A DNA stretch of 64,000 nt, taken from Sarea resinae (Eukaryota). The position numbers and the translations under genes are program-made. Shown piece after piece: positions 35,569 through 47,813 of this stretch. The notes beneath the pieces were generated by a model that made no database searches, had not been told where the DNA came from, and worked only from the letters and a program-made list of their open reading frames with translations. How positions within the stretch are numbered: position 1 is the first letter of the stretch; each line of letters begins with the position of its first letter. Location: NCBI GenBank assembly GCA_026026165.1, contig JAPEUD010000006.1:62001-126000 (forward strand). Reading direction: 5' to 3'.

Positions 35569-36422
35569 CTACTGGAATCGCTTCTCCGCAGTCTTCCAGT
35601 TTACGACATCCCAGATAGCCTTGAAGTACTCCGCCTTCCTGTTTTGGTATTGTAGACTCGAGAAAAGTCAGCTACTTGTGGCATTCGATGGCAGAAGGGA
35701 ACTCACTAGTACGCGTGCTCCCATGCATCAATTCCGAGAATGGGAGCGAACCGCCCAACGACAGGATCTTGGTTCTGTAGTTCATGTATCAATACTCTTT
35801 CATTCTCCGCTGAACAGAGAGGCACATACCGCATATGTCTTGATGCCGATAGCACCGGTTTGGGTATCGTTGACAAGCCAAGCCCATCCACTGCCCTGGA
35901 TGCCAGCAAGCGCGGCATTAAACTGCGTCTTGAAGGCATCGAGACTGCCGTATGCCTTGTCGATGGCACTGGCCAACTCACCGGACGGCGGATCACCACC
36001 GCCCTGGCTCTTGGGCGCCAAGTTCTCCCAGAAGAGGGTGTGGTTGACAGCGCCACCGCCGTGGAAGTTGATGAGCGGTTGCAGGGCAATCTGCGACTGG
36101 ATGTCGGACTTGGACTGTGCCGTGGCCAACTTCTCGATAGCGTCGTTGTAGGAGTTGACGTATGTTTGGTGGTGGTTCTTGTGGTGTAGCTCCATGATCT
36201 TGCCGGAGATGGAAGGCTCCAGCGCACCGTAGTCGTCTAAGAGATTCATGAGTGGCTTCGTCGATTGAGAGTGGTATGGAGACACTTACACGCCAGGTCG
36301 GGCAGGGTGGCTTTGCCGCGTGTGAAGCTCAAGCCCGCCAGACCGGCGTTCTTGGAGCTGGCAGCAGCTCCAGCTCGAAGAGCCGAGCGGGCAGTAGAAG
36401 TACGAAGCAGAGTTGCAGACAT
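35569..36422 (-). CDS. SOD2: Mitochondrial Mn superoxide dismutase; exons 36422-36290, 36236-35830, 35774-35707, 35656-35569
   Basis: Presequence MSATLLRTS..., KATLPDLAYDYGALEP, MELHHKNHHQTYV, FHGGGAVNHTLFW, GIQGSGWAWL, DAWEHAYYLQYQN. Confidence 0.96.
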
Positions 36423-36837
36423 TGCGATTGAACAGAAGTCGATAAGGTAGTGAAGGTGATATTGGTAGAGTGGAGAGGATGTGCGGTGTGCTTTAGATTG
36501 ATCGTAGTGGAAAAGCAAAGTCAAGACACGGCTTGGGATGCAGTCAGTCAGCTCGCTCTTAAGAAATGGATGGATGGCCGAGACGGGGTTTGGTTCCGAC
36601 GTCATACTAACTTAAGACGGAGCTGTGCATTGATCCACATCCGCAACCCTACCGAAGTCGCTCGGGAATATCAACAGTTACGGCGACCTCGGAACGCTCG
36701 AGTGGCACTTCACGACACCAATCTAAACACGCGCCGCCCCATATTCCCATTGAAACCCCACAAGCAAAGAATCACGAATGACGACTCAGCTACCGGAAAA
36801 GTAGGAATAAAGCCCTATCAGACATCATTTCAGCAGA

Positions 36838-37606
36838 ATGTCGTATTACGATATTGACGCCATACTTACGGACGCCGAGGTACCTCCCACTTCCCCTCCA
36901 TCCACTTCCCCACCACACTGCCCGCAGCGCCAAAGAGAGCAAAGACCCAGAGCCAGAAAGCTAACTCGTTATTTCGACCCCCAGAAAGTGCCTTGCACGT
37001 TTGAGATCTCTGTCCCAGGCCTAGGCTACCTAGACAACAACTCCAGCGCCGACGTACGTCGTTCTAGCCCCCCTCTCCCCAAATCTCTAACCCGTACGTC
37101 TAACTCACTCACCCGCCCGCAAACAGATCAAACAGAACACGCCGCTCCCACTGCCATTGCACCTCGCGCTCCTGCTTGCGCTCTCGCCCTCATTCCTCCC
37201 CAACTCGCACAATACCAGCCAGCCAACGCCGCTGCTAACACTCTCACTGCCGTCTCCGCTCTCCTCGCGCGTGCTGAACGCGCTCGCGGCATCCCCAATC
37301 GCCATCAACCTGCGCGCGCTGACGCCGAACTTTTACGCGCTGGCGACGCGGATGCTCGACCTGTTCGACGACGAAGACGACGCGATGGTGACGACGCTGA
37401 CGGCGACGTTCAAGGCGCGCGCCCAGCTCATCGCCGACCACGCGTATAACCCGCGTCGGGGCGGCGGCGGCGGCGTGGGCGGCGGGGACGAGGGCGCCGA
37501 GTTCTTGAGGGGGCTCAGCGAGGAGGAGCGGGGGCTATTTCGGGCTGCGTTTGAGGGCGCCAGGGGCGTGCGGGAGTGGTTGGCGACGCTGGGGAGGAAG
37601 AAGTGA
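36838..37606 (+). CDS. PSF3: GINS complex subunit Psf3; exons 36838-36879, 36985-37053, 37127-37606
   Basis: MSYYDIDAILTDAE|KVPCTFE..PGLGYLD, RVLNALAA, NFYALA, EFLRGLSEEERGLFR; two GT-AG introns join in frame. Confidence 0.9.
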
Positions 37607-37779
37607 TGTGTGTTTTTATCTGTGGGATATATCAAGACGGAAGGACTGAGAGTGTTTAGTGGAGAGGTAGTGAAAGCTATCAACGGACGAGAGCCAGAAG
37701 CGCCACCGCCGGTCGCCGAACAGTACCAGCCGCCAGCCGCCAGCCAGCCAGCAACAGCTTCATGTGCGGTCACACGGCG

Positions 37780-38427
37780 ACACAACGGGCCGAGGGATAG
37801 GCCATCAGGTAGACGTGCCCATGATCACAGCCACGGCCACGGCCACGGCCACGGCCACAGCCACGGTCATGGTCACGATAAGCTTATGCTCAAGCAACAC
37901 GGGCCAAACCGCGCCATGCCTACCCCCTTCTCACGTCAACTCTCAACTCAACCTAAACCGACTCAATCCAACTCAACCAACTCACTTCACCTCACTTCTC
38001 GTCAACTCGACTCAACCCAACCTAAATCAACCGAATCAACCGAATCAACTCAACTAAACCAACCAACTCACCCTAAACCGACTTAACCAACTCAACCCAA
38101 ATCCCAAGACCCAACCTACTACCTATTCCCTATATTCCCCCTCGAGTCCTCTCTCCCCCTTTAGACTCTTTAGACTCTTAAACACTTAACCCTCCCCCCC
38201 CTTCTCCTCTCCTCGAACCCTTGAACCCTCGAATCCTTGAACCCTTAAACTCTCGAACCCTTGAACCCTTGAAACCCTTAAATCGTCGAACCCTCGAACC
38301 CTCAAACCCTCAAACCTTGAACCTAGACCAGGTTATTAGCCAAGGTAGCTAGCTATATGCTCTTAGTATAAAGTACTCTACGAAACAATTAAACAATTAA
38401 ACCCTTAAACCTCTATCTTCTCTTAAA

Positions 38428-38458
<31 letters not shown>

Positions 38459-39020
38459 TTTAGACTAAGCCTAAAACCCTTAGACCCCTAGATCTCTGAA
38501 CTCTTAACCCCTTAAACTCTTAGACCGTTGAAATAATAAATCTAAAGCCCCTGAAGACTAAGTTTCACTTCACTTCACTTCACTTCACTTGAGCTAAACC
38601 CAACTTGAACTAATATCATATAGACTATAGATTGTAGATTATAGACTATAGACTACCTTATCTACGATCCTATATCCTATATCCTCTACCTTATAGCCTC
38701 TCTCTCTCTCTCTTCTAACATGTCTAACCCATCTAATATAACACGTATAACAAACCCTCTGATTTGCAAGGTGCAAGACATCTAACTCCTAGCTCTAACG
38801 CCTATCTCTAACTCTAAAGATCTATAAGAGGAGAGAGACAGAAAAGCAACATTAGGACACATAGATAGATAGAAGTAGGATTAGGGGTAGGAGTAACAGT
38901 AGGAGGAGTAGTAGTAGTTAGAGTAAGAGTAGTAGTAGTAGAATAAAAACATAATAGATATAAATAGCCTTTTCACTCCACACCCCAAACACCGTCCCCC
39001 GTCCCCGGCCCCCGGCCCCC
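37780..39020. repeat. Compound microsatellite / TpA-rich decayed repeat spacer
   Basis: (CACGGC)n, (CAACT)n, AACCCTYR 8-mers at 38211-38323, TAGAYTR 7-mers ~38620-38655, (TTCAC)n, (CT)n, (GTA)n. Confidence 0.85.
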
Positions 39021-39125
39021 GCCCGCCGCATCGCTCAATCGATTCTTCTAAACGGCCAATTGGCCAATCAGACTAATATACACATCCATTCATCACTAAA
39101 TCGAGCCGGCCAACACAACACCACC

Positions 39126-42044
39126 TTACTTCTTTACCGCACCTTTCAAACTACTACTCCGGCCCAGCATCCCCCGCACCGTGATCTGACTATGCGACCT
39201 TTCATGTCCCGGTCGTTCAGGGGGTAGTGGCTGCTCACCACCACCACTACCACCGCCACCGCCACCGCCGCCAACATTATCACCAAAGGAACCCGAATGC
39301 TCAGTCGTGGTAGGCGTATACGGCGCCTCGGACGTGGAGACGGACGCAGACATGGAGGCAGACGTCGTGCTAAACGACTTGGCGTCGTCCCAGGGAAGAT
39401 ACTCGGCGTGGCTGCCCGCGCGCTCGCGAAGCGCCAAGACGCGACCGTGCGATTTGCCCTCCACGCTTCCCGCCGTGCCGGGCCTGGCACCTGCCTGGTA
39501 ATGCGGCTGCTGCTGGTAGTAATTCTGGTGCTGTCCACGGAGTGAATCACCCGACGTGTTGGCCGACGAATTCGTCCTGAGCGATCGGGGTCTGGGTTCG
39601 GATGTAGCAGAAGGGGGACAATGAATCTCCGTCGCGGGTGACGAGTGCTGCTGCTGCTGCTGCTGACCAGCATGCGTCACTCGACCAAAAAGGCGTGACG
39701 TCAGACTTGCACGCTTCGACGGGCTAGGACTTTTCGTCATTCCAGGGACGCGGAGGCGGAGCGAAGATCGCTGCAGACGGTGCTCAGATGACTGCGGGGT
39801 ACCGGGGGCGACGCGAGAGGCGGAAAGAGGGGTCTGAGTCTGAGACCGTAAAGGACCTGCTGATGGTGGTACGGCGGTGAGAGACGAGGCATCGGAGTTG
39901 TAGCGGTTATGAGATGGCGTGGCGGTGTTGCTGCTTCCACTTCTCCAGTCTGGCTGGGACATGGCAGTATCCGTCCGCTGCAGACGGGCTCGGGGATCAG
40001 CTGCGTGTGGGAAATCCATTGACCGTCTCCGCATCGGAGGCAAGGGAGGCGTGCTACGGGAGGGGGGAACCTTGTCGATACCTTCCCCGTTGAACATTAG
40101 ATTGCCACCATAAGGCTCGAAAGGAGACTTGGTAGGCGTTCCGCTAAGCATTCGAAACGCTCTTGCCGAAGCACCAGCCATCATGGGGAACCCAGGACTG
40201 TCGAATTGATCGTCACCGTAGGCAAATTCACTCTGTTCAACACGCATTGATTCGAGCTCTCCGTCCGAAGTAGCTTGGTCGTTGAACTCAAAGTCGGTCC
40301 CAAAGGTCCTCGTGCTATCGATGCTTGCTCTCACGTCGCCACCAGAACTATGCGGTCGAAGCGCAGAGTAGCTTTTGACCGGAGCGGGTGTTCCATCCAA
40401 AAGACTCTTCTCTCCCACGATGCTCGAAGTGGACCGATTTAGAGTACGGCCCCCTGTACTCATCGTGTCTGGAGTGGGTGGCAAAAGGTCCTGCCCGAAA
40501 ATTGGCCCACCAAGTGATGGAGCCAGAGACTCTGCACTTTTCTTGTCCTCCCGTCTCATTTGAGGTGGTTCCCTTTGAGGACTCCTTCGAGAACCATGGC
40601 GATCTTCGGAAAGGTGAGGGCGGTTCTGCAGCACGCTGCGAATGGCCAGGTATCTATCCTTATTCCCCCCGTCGGCGCGAACGGCACGACTCGGTTTAGA
40701 AGGCGTGTCCCCTTCGTCGATCCACTTTTCAATTCTTGCAGCCTTTCTACGCTTGCTTGAGTCGTCCCTTTTCTCTGTTTCCTCGACTTCTTCAAGATCT
40801 GATGGGTTGTCATCGTCTCTGTGCTCATGCCCCTTTCCTTGACCATAGACGCTCAAGAAACTACTTTCACTCAGTACACTGAGTCTCGGAGAACTCAATT
40901 CATCCGCATCTGGAGCCATGTTTGGCAGAGCGTCCCCGACCTCACTTCCCAAGAGTCCTGCTCTTTTAGACATGGTGACAAAGCTGAATTGTGATTTACT
41001 CTCATCTTCGCCGGCAAGATACAAACTTCGTAGAGCTCCTGCGCTTCCACTTCCGCTTTTCTGGCTGCTCAGGAAGGAGGGAATCCGCATTGGCGTCTGA
41101 GGATTTCCCGGGGTTGCAAGATCAATCAGGCGATCCGATACTCCTGGGGCGAGCCCTATCTTCGAAGGAGTCTTCTTGAGCATGGCCACACGGGGAGGAG
41201 TTTTCGGCGCAAGCTTTTCGAACTCTGGGGGCGATGAGGGCGGCGCATCCTCTCCATCGCTATCTCCTGGTTCAGCTGGTTCCGTCAATGGATCGGATTT
41301 ATTCAACCCCTCCTCTATCCTTTCAACTTGCTCTTCCAGGTTACATATAATAGCAACTGCTTCTTTAATCGCTTGATCGCGCTTTTCCAGTTCCTGCAAT
41401 AGCTGCTCGTTCACATCTAGTAGTTCTGCATTTTCCTCTTCGAGTATCTCCGCCTTTTCTAGCTGCTCCTCTAATTGAGCCATACGCTGTCGACGATGGA
41501 AAAGTTCGAGCTTCAAGTCGAAATTCTGCTTGTGTAATGTCGAAATATACTACGGAGAGGTCAGCTGATGCCAATGAGCCTCACTTGACAGAACAATACA
41601 CACCCCGTCCATTTCCCTTGCTCCCATACCGCGCGGTCCCGCTGCGCCTTTCCCCCCACTACCAACAACACTGGACCTTCGACCTTGTCGTGACGCACCC
41701 TCTCCACGATGCGCCGGCATCACGGGAGAACTCTGGGCGAGTCGACGACTGGCAGCGCTGAGATCATTGCTTTCCAGAGCAAAGATGGCGTCATCTCTTC
41801 CCACACTCCGTCGTTTGTTCTGCGAATACGACTTGGTTACGCGGTGGCTCTGGGCCTTCTTTTCCCGCAGCAGATCATGTAAGAGCGACGACGAGGGGGT
41901 CACGTCGCGGCCAGAAGCTGGGGCTCTTGACCTCGCCGACGTTGAAACCGATTCAGGCGTTCGATAGGATGTGGTGCTGGCGGAGCGCTCAAAGCCAGAG
42001 CGGTGAGCATGAGGGCTCGTGGAGGCCCGCCTCCTGTCAGTCAT
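39126..42044 (-). CDS. Centrosomin N-terminal motif 1 (CM1/Cnn_1N) coiled-coil protein; exons 42044-41604, 41549-39126
   Basis: Spliced junction MGAREMDG|YISTLHKQNFDLKLELFHRRQR matches the CM1 motif, followed by a coiled coil (ELEKRDQAIKEAVAII) and SPRLSVLSESSFLSVYG. Confidence 0.8.
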
Positions 42045-44171
42045 GGTGATTGGGCGATGGATTCAAGTCTCTGAGTAGGTAAGGTAGGATGTACGGTGAT
42101 GTGATGATGATGATGGAGATGGAGAGGTGAGATGTGAGATGAACACGTCCTGTGGGTGATGAGATGCAATGGAGGGATCTTGTGAAGGCTAGAGAGAGAG
42201 GATATCCCTTGCATGAGCTGGAGAGGCATGCACCACCACGTGGAGGTGGTGGACAAAGAGAGCAACAACAATATCAAGCGGTGACGGCAAGCGAGAAAGG
42301 TCCACAAGCCATTGGGTCGGCGACCTCAGCGGATGCAGTTGTGCGCCATTGACGATAACAGAAGTCAATACCAACAACGTCAAAGGGAGTGAGGAGGCTG
42401 GGGCTGGGGCTGGTGGTGGTGGTGATGGCGATGGCGATGGCCTGTTATGGTGTTTTGTTGTGGTGGTCGGCGGAATAGAATAGTAAGGCAAGGAAGGTAA
42501 GGTAAGGTAGCTCATGGACGAAAAGTGAGGGCAGTGAAGAGTGAGGCAGCGGTAGCAGTACCTGGAGCGACAGGGTCTCGGGGAGGGAAGCACGAAGAAT
42601 GAGGTGTACCGGGTACTTGGTCTTCTACTCACTGCCCATCCCCCAGGGACCCCAGCCCAGGGACCAGATCCGCTCGTACCTGACGACTCTACTGAAGTAT
42701 TCTCTGTGATCATGCACGGGAGCAATGTCATCACGCAGTCACGCACGAACCAGATGGATCTGTCCGTCGGTACCTGGCCGCATCGGGAGCATAAGTACTG
42801 CTAGGTAGTTTCACAGATTGGCCGCCGTCACTCTCCACCATGGAGTACAGAGAGGTACCAAGCAGAGAGAGCACTTCAAGTAGACTTCCATCGTCTGTCC
42901 CCTTCCTCCCTTCCCGCTCTCTCTACCATGGGAAGCAACTTGCACCGGCTCGTCCCCTAGCGATCGTGCCGGCACCATAATACAAGCCCATACTATGAGT
43001 ACCTCCCCATCCATCCTAGGCCCAGCACTGTTGAGATCGAGTCGGGACGAAGCCTCCCAATCCGCAGATGATGGTGCCCCACTAGTGCAGAAGCCTGGCC
43101 ACCGCAGCGAATCGGATTTCCCTCTTTTTCTCCTTTTCTCCTTTTTCTCCTTTTTCCCCATACAGATAGCGCCGTCACTATCACATCGACGGCGCGGTGC
43201 CATGTACTCCATAGTATTCGTACTCCTACATATGCGAGGTGCTTCTACCAGGCGTTCACTAAGACGACCGGCCAGACCCAAGCTCGTCACCTTTCGACCT
43301 AGTTCGACCCGGTCCCTTTTCGGCTGTTTGACAGGGCACGCCAAACGCTCCAATGGGTCAGGTACGCAGCGACACTAGCCTCTCCGCTGAGTCGGCTCGA
43401 GATCCTGTAGAGTACTTCAGTACAGATGGCCTCCTAACCTCCACTGTCTCACCGCCCGGGCAAAAAGTCATGGCAGCATAGTCGTGGGTATGTTGTTTTC
43501 ATCTTTCGTCCGATGGCCATTGAAGGCACTCATACGAATGAATACTGCCCGTCAGCCAAACAAAGTACTCGAGAGACCGCCTTGACCTGGTCTATCTGAC
43601 GTTCGTTATGCACATATGCTTCTACTGGGAAATAGCTATAGAGCCCGATAGGACTCTTGTATGATCTCTTCGGACTTTAAAACTCATCACGGCTACGGAC
43701 TCTGAAGATAATGAGTGCCATGGTATCGGTCAAGAGAACTGCCTTCACGTATAGCACCAAGGGTCAGGAACTAAGCGAGAAGCAAGTTTTGAGACCTGCT
43801 GATAGACAGGCTGCTAGAGGTTGAGCTAGTATTAATGATGATGATGATGAAGAAGATGAAGATGATGATGATGATGAACCGAGCCCATGATCCCGTACCC
43901 TACCGTACTGAATGAATAAGCCAGCCAACCAACCACCCAACCGACTGAACCGCCAGGATGCTCCAACCGCGAAAAGAAAATGAATGAAAACCCCGTGCGA
44001 GAAGGATAGATCAGGGCTGGTGATGTACGTAGTGAAGTTAAACGACAGAAAATAAGAGTATGTATGTAGGGAAGTCCTGTGATGCGATGCAATGCAATGC
44101 CATGCCATGCCACGCCAGAGGATGGGAAGTAATGGACAGATGAAGTCGAGAACCTAACGTCACTCTTCAAG

Positions 44172-47100
44172 TTAATGAATCACGCCCATCCGCCACCTAT
44201 CAATACTATCCCTCTGTTCCCTCTGTCTTTGATCTAGCGCCTGCTGTCCCGCTACCAAGCCGGCCTGCATCACCGCCATCTGCTGCTGCATCTGCATCTG
44301 CGCCTGCAAAGCAGCCGGGCTGATCATCGATTGATGGTTGTTGTACGGATAGCCGTAGTTCGGATTATTGGGAGGAGGAGCGTAGTAGTTGAGGTTCGCA
44401 GCGCCACTGAAAGCCGGATTCGGGGTCCAGGTACTACCGGCACCAGGGGAAGCGTGCATCATGCTAGGGCTGTAGAACATTGGAGCATTATTTCTTGGCC
44501 CAGCCATGCCCGTTTGCATGGTCGGTGGGAAGCCGTTCATGCTCGCCCGTTGGTTGTTCGCTAGATTCATGCTCGAGCCCATCGGGTTCAAATTCGTGCC
44601 CATACCGTTCAGACCGCCATACGGCGTGCCGGCTCCCATCACCAGTCCGCCCCCATTCGGCGCATAATGCAACCCGCCGCCAACGGCACCCGTGCCCAGC
44701 AAGCCAAAGGGATACTGCTTCTGCTGCTGCATTTGATGCGATCCCACGTCTACGAGCGGCCGGTTGATGCCCACAGACGAAGAGAGTCTATTCTGCTCTC
44801 GCAACTGATGATTTCGCTGTGCCTGGAGCTGCTCGTTCTGATACAAAAGGCCAGTCGGCAGCAGCTCTTGGGAGGGGCGTCGTGCCAGCATCTCTTGCGA
44901 TCCTCGTCGCGATAGGGGCGTGCTAGAGCGCCGTTGCTGCTGGACCTGAAGGATATCGGCCATACTGTGACGATTCTTGAGCTGCGGCTTTGAAGCCCCA
45001 TGGCTCATTTCGCGTTCGCGGGCCTCACGCTCAGCTTGAAGGCGTTTTCGTCGCTGGCCGAGCGTCTCTTCTTCGTCGCCTTCAGGCGGCTCGGGAGTTT
45101 TCTTCATGTCATCCTTGAGGGCTTCACCCCCAAATTGGCTCATCAGCTCGCTTGCGAAGTCGGCACTAAGCGTTCGACTTTTATGGTCTCCAGCTCGCAG
45201 CCGCTTATCTGGTTCCTGTTCGCCGCCGCTGTCTTCGTCTTGGGTGAGGCCTGGTAGATCGAGCGTCATCATGCTGTCTCTCTTTGCTGGGCTACGGTCC
45301 CGCGAAATGGGAGCACCGCTTCTAAGTCTATGTCGTCGCTTGCTTAATGGCTCATTGTCTTCAATCTCACGCATTTCCATTAACCCCAGAGGCCGATCAT
45401 CGTCTCCGCCATTCTGGTTCACCAAGCCGTCACGGCCAGGGAAGAGCATACCCAGCGGAACGTCTTCATCGTCGTCAATCCCTTCACCCGGAGTATGCAT
45501 GTTCGGATCCTCCCAGGCGAGAGTGATACGTTTCTGCTGGCGAGACTGCTGCTGCACCTGCGCAACCGTATCCAGCTGAAGAAGAGTAGAGCGCATGCCG
45601 TTTGGAAAGGCGGTCGCAGCAGTGCGACTTCGTTGTTTCTGCTGTAATTTTCGGAGTTGGAGCTCGGCCAGAAGCGTAGTCGGCGGGCCAAAGTATTCTG
45701 ATTCTTCTCCATTGGCAAGGTTCTCTTCACCCGGGGTACCTTCAAGACCTACGTCCTCCCAAGATTCTCCTTCGAGGTTGTGATCAAGCATGGAGTGGGC
45801 CAAGTCTCGTGATCGTCGGAAAGGCGTTCGCTCCCCAGCCGCGTCATCATCTTCGTCATCACCGAGTGCTTGCTCTCCATTCATGCTCTTGTGATCTAGT
45901 TGTGTCCCCAGGCTCAGGCGACTGCTGCTTCGTTTCCCATGTCCTTCGAGCAAGGCAACGCTCGATCGTTTACGCAGGACGTTACGTGGGCCTCGGCTCT
46001 TGCGTTTCTCCTTGTCGTCTAAGAGGTCGCCAGTACTTCTCCTTGCGGGCTTTGACTTGCTATAGACATCTGCTCCTATATGTCCAACAATAGGGTGATC
46101 CGTAAAGGCGCTTACTGGGGCACTTGCAGAAGCCTCGAGAATGCTCTCCAGTGTAGCCACGGCAGATCCCCCCTTGATCTCAATGTCTTGCTGTAATGAT
46201 GGGTGCTCAAAGAAAGCACTAGCTCGGAGTTGTGGGGGTAGATCGGTCATGTTGGCAATGCTATGGCGCGTGTTTCGTGCCTTTCTTTCGGGGCCCTCTA
46301 CAGCGTCTGGGCCATCTTCACCTACGGGATCAGAGAGGAAAGTAGTAGACTTTCGATTCGCTGCTGCCATCGATTCGAGCATATGAGAGCGGCGTCTGTT
46401 GCGATGAGTAGCCGAAGGTATGTTTGAAAGCCTTTGGGGAAGATTGAGCATCACTGGCACCGGTGCTGGATAGTATACCATGTTCTGGCCTGGCAGCGGT
46501 TCCGCGGAAGATTGTGGTCGGCCCCTGGAGACTCGACGTTCCGCCCAATTTCCACTCGGGATCCGCGGGTCTTTGATGTGAACACCATCGAAATCAACGA
46601 AGAGGTCCTTGGCTTGCTGAAAGGTATCACCAGACGAAGGCCGCTCTGGCACATCAGCCGGTGGATCAGCTGGTTCATTCCTGCCACCCTCCTCAAACCA
46701 GCCAGCAATCTCTCGCTGGAGATCCTCCTGATATTCATGAGGCGCCGAGTGCAAGTTTTCTTCGGCGTGATCGGCGGCAGCAGACGTGGGCTCTGGTGGA
46801 GGCGAGATGGGCGGAATAGACGACGTCGTGACGGAGTCAAGTGGTCTACCCTCTTGTTCTGGTTCTGGTAATTGTGCCAGTCGTGATCCATTGGATGTTT
46901 GCCTGCCTCGGTGCGAGTAGTGTACGGACGACGCCGATCGTATCGATCCCCGTGGCGACGTGATATATCCTCCCGGCGAGTACCCCCCCGACCTTGCAGC
47001 GGTATTGACTCCAACAATTGAATGGGCCATGGAACCAGAAGAAAACTGTCGCGTGACGGGCGGCATGGAGGCCACCTCATCTATCTGCGTTGTGAGTATT

Positions 47101-47813
47101 GACGACCTTCTGCTTTCCGAGCGCTTTTGTTCCAGCTTCAACTTCCGCAGCTCCTCCTCCACGTCCGAGCCCTGGCTCAAGGTCTCGGCACTTCGTTCGA
47201 GACGCTCCACATTTCCCAAATATGCTCCCTGCAGAGATTGCAGATCCGGGGTCGGATGCCGCAGAGGAATTGAGCCTTCGGAGGAATATGTCCTGACCAG
47301 CGGCTCCGGCGAATGTTGGCGAGACTTCATGGTCGACTCGTCTTGATCGTGAACGGTTGAGATGGAAGAGATCGAGTCGGCGCGCTCAGACTCAGGCGCG
47401 GGCTCAGGTTGGGTATTGGTGTTTGGATGCGATTCCTCGGCATTATCAGCGTCCACTTTGATTGCTCGGCCACGTTCCACCAGGCTGTCTGCATCGGCAG
47501 CATCCTGGCTCGGCTCTTCTTGCTCATAATCGTCGTCTTCAACCATATCGTAGTTGGAGCTTGCAGAGGTTAGAGTTCTCCTTATCAACGAGCTTAAGTC
47601 GCCCCTTGCATCGGCTCCATGCATGTGGGCGGACTCTGGCTGTAGCGAGAATGGAGATGCCGCCGTGGTGGTGCTCGCGGGGACGGCAGAGGGAGACGCA
47701 CGGTTGGACGAGGTGGACGAGTGAACGGAGTCCACATCGTGCTCCCGCTGGACGACCACATTGTACGACATGGGTATGGGGGGTGTGGCGGTCCGGTGTG
47801 CAGCACCAGGCAT
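44172..47813 (-). CDS. Conserved fungal hypothetical protein (1213 aa)
   Basis: 3.6-kb ORF with motif islands PLRHPTPDLQSLQGAY, YYPAPVPVMLNLPQRLS, PTTLLAELQLRK, EETLGQRRKRLQAE and terminal IDRWR. Confidence 0.85.
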   Translation of the reverse strand: MPGAAHRTATPPIPMSYNVVVQREHDVDSVHSSTSSNRASPSAVPASTTTAASPFSLQPESAHMHGADARGDLSSLIRRTLTSASSNYDMVEDDDYEQEEPSQDAADADSLVERGRAIKVDADNAEESHPNTNTQPEPAPESERADSISSISTVHDQDESTMKSRQHSPEPLVRTYSSEGSIPLRHPTPDLQSLQGAYLGNVERLERSAETLSQGSDVEEELRKLKLEQKRSESRRSSILTTQIDEVASMPPVTRQFSSGSMAHSIVGVNTAARSGGYSPGGYITSPRGSIRSASSVHYSHRGRQTSNGSRLAQLPEPEQEGRPLDSVTTSSIPPISPPPEPTSAAADHAEENLHSAPHEYQEDLQREIAGWFEEGGRNEPADPPADVPERPSSGDTFQQAKDLFVDFDGVHIKDPRIPSGNWAERRVSRGRPQSSAEPLPGQNMVYYPAPVPVMLNLPQRLSNIPSATHRNRRRSHMLESMAAANRKSTTFLSDPVGEDGPDAVEGPERKARNTRHSIANMTDLPPQLRASAFFEHPSLQQDIEIKGGSAVATLESILEASASAPVSAFTDHPIVGHIGADVYSKSKPARRSTGDLLDDKEKRKSRGPRNVLRKRSSVALLEGHGKRSSSRLSLGTQLDHKSMNGEQALGDDEDDDAAGERTPFRRSRDLAHSMLDHNLEGESWEDVGLEGTPGEENLANGEESEYFGPPTTLLAELQLRKLQQKQRSRTAATAFPNGMRSTLLQLDTVAQVQQQSRQQKRITLAWEDPNMHTPGEGIDDDEDVPLGMLFPGRDGLVNQNGGDDDRPLGLMEMREIEDNEPLSKRRHRLRSGAPISRDRSPAKRDSMMTLDLPGLTQDEDSGGEQEPDKRLRAGDHKSRTLSADFASELMSQFGGEALKDDMKKTPEPPEGDEEETLGQRRKRLQAEREAREREMSHGASKPQLKNRHSMADILQVQQQRRSSTPLSRRGSQEMLARRPSQELLPTGLLYQNEQLQAQRNHQLREQNRLSSSVGINRPLVDVGSHQMQQQKQYPFGLLGTGAVGGGLHYAPNGGGLVMGAGTPYGGLNGMGTNLNPMGSSMNLANNQRASMNGFPPTMQTGMAGPRNNAPMFYSPSMMHASPGAGSTWTPNPAFSGAANLNYYAPPPNNPNYGYPYNNHQSMISPAALQAQMQMQQQMAVMQAGLVAGQQALDQRQREQRDSIDRWRMGVIH

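Noticed and set aside
38211..38323. Interstitial telomeric repeat
   Set aside because: The unit is the 8-mer AACCCTYR, not tandem CCCTAA; resemblance is only partial.
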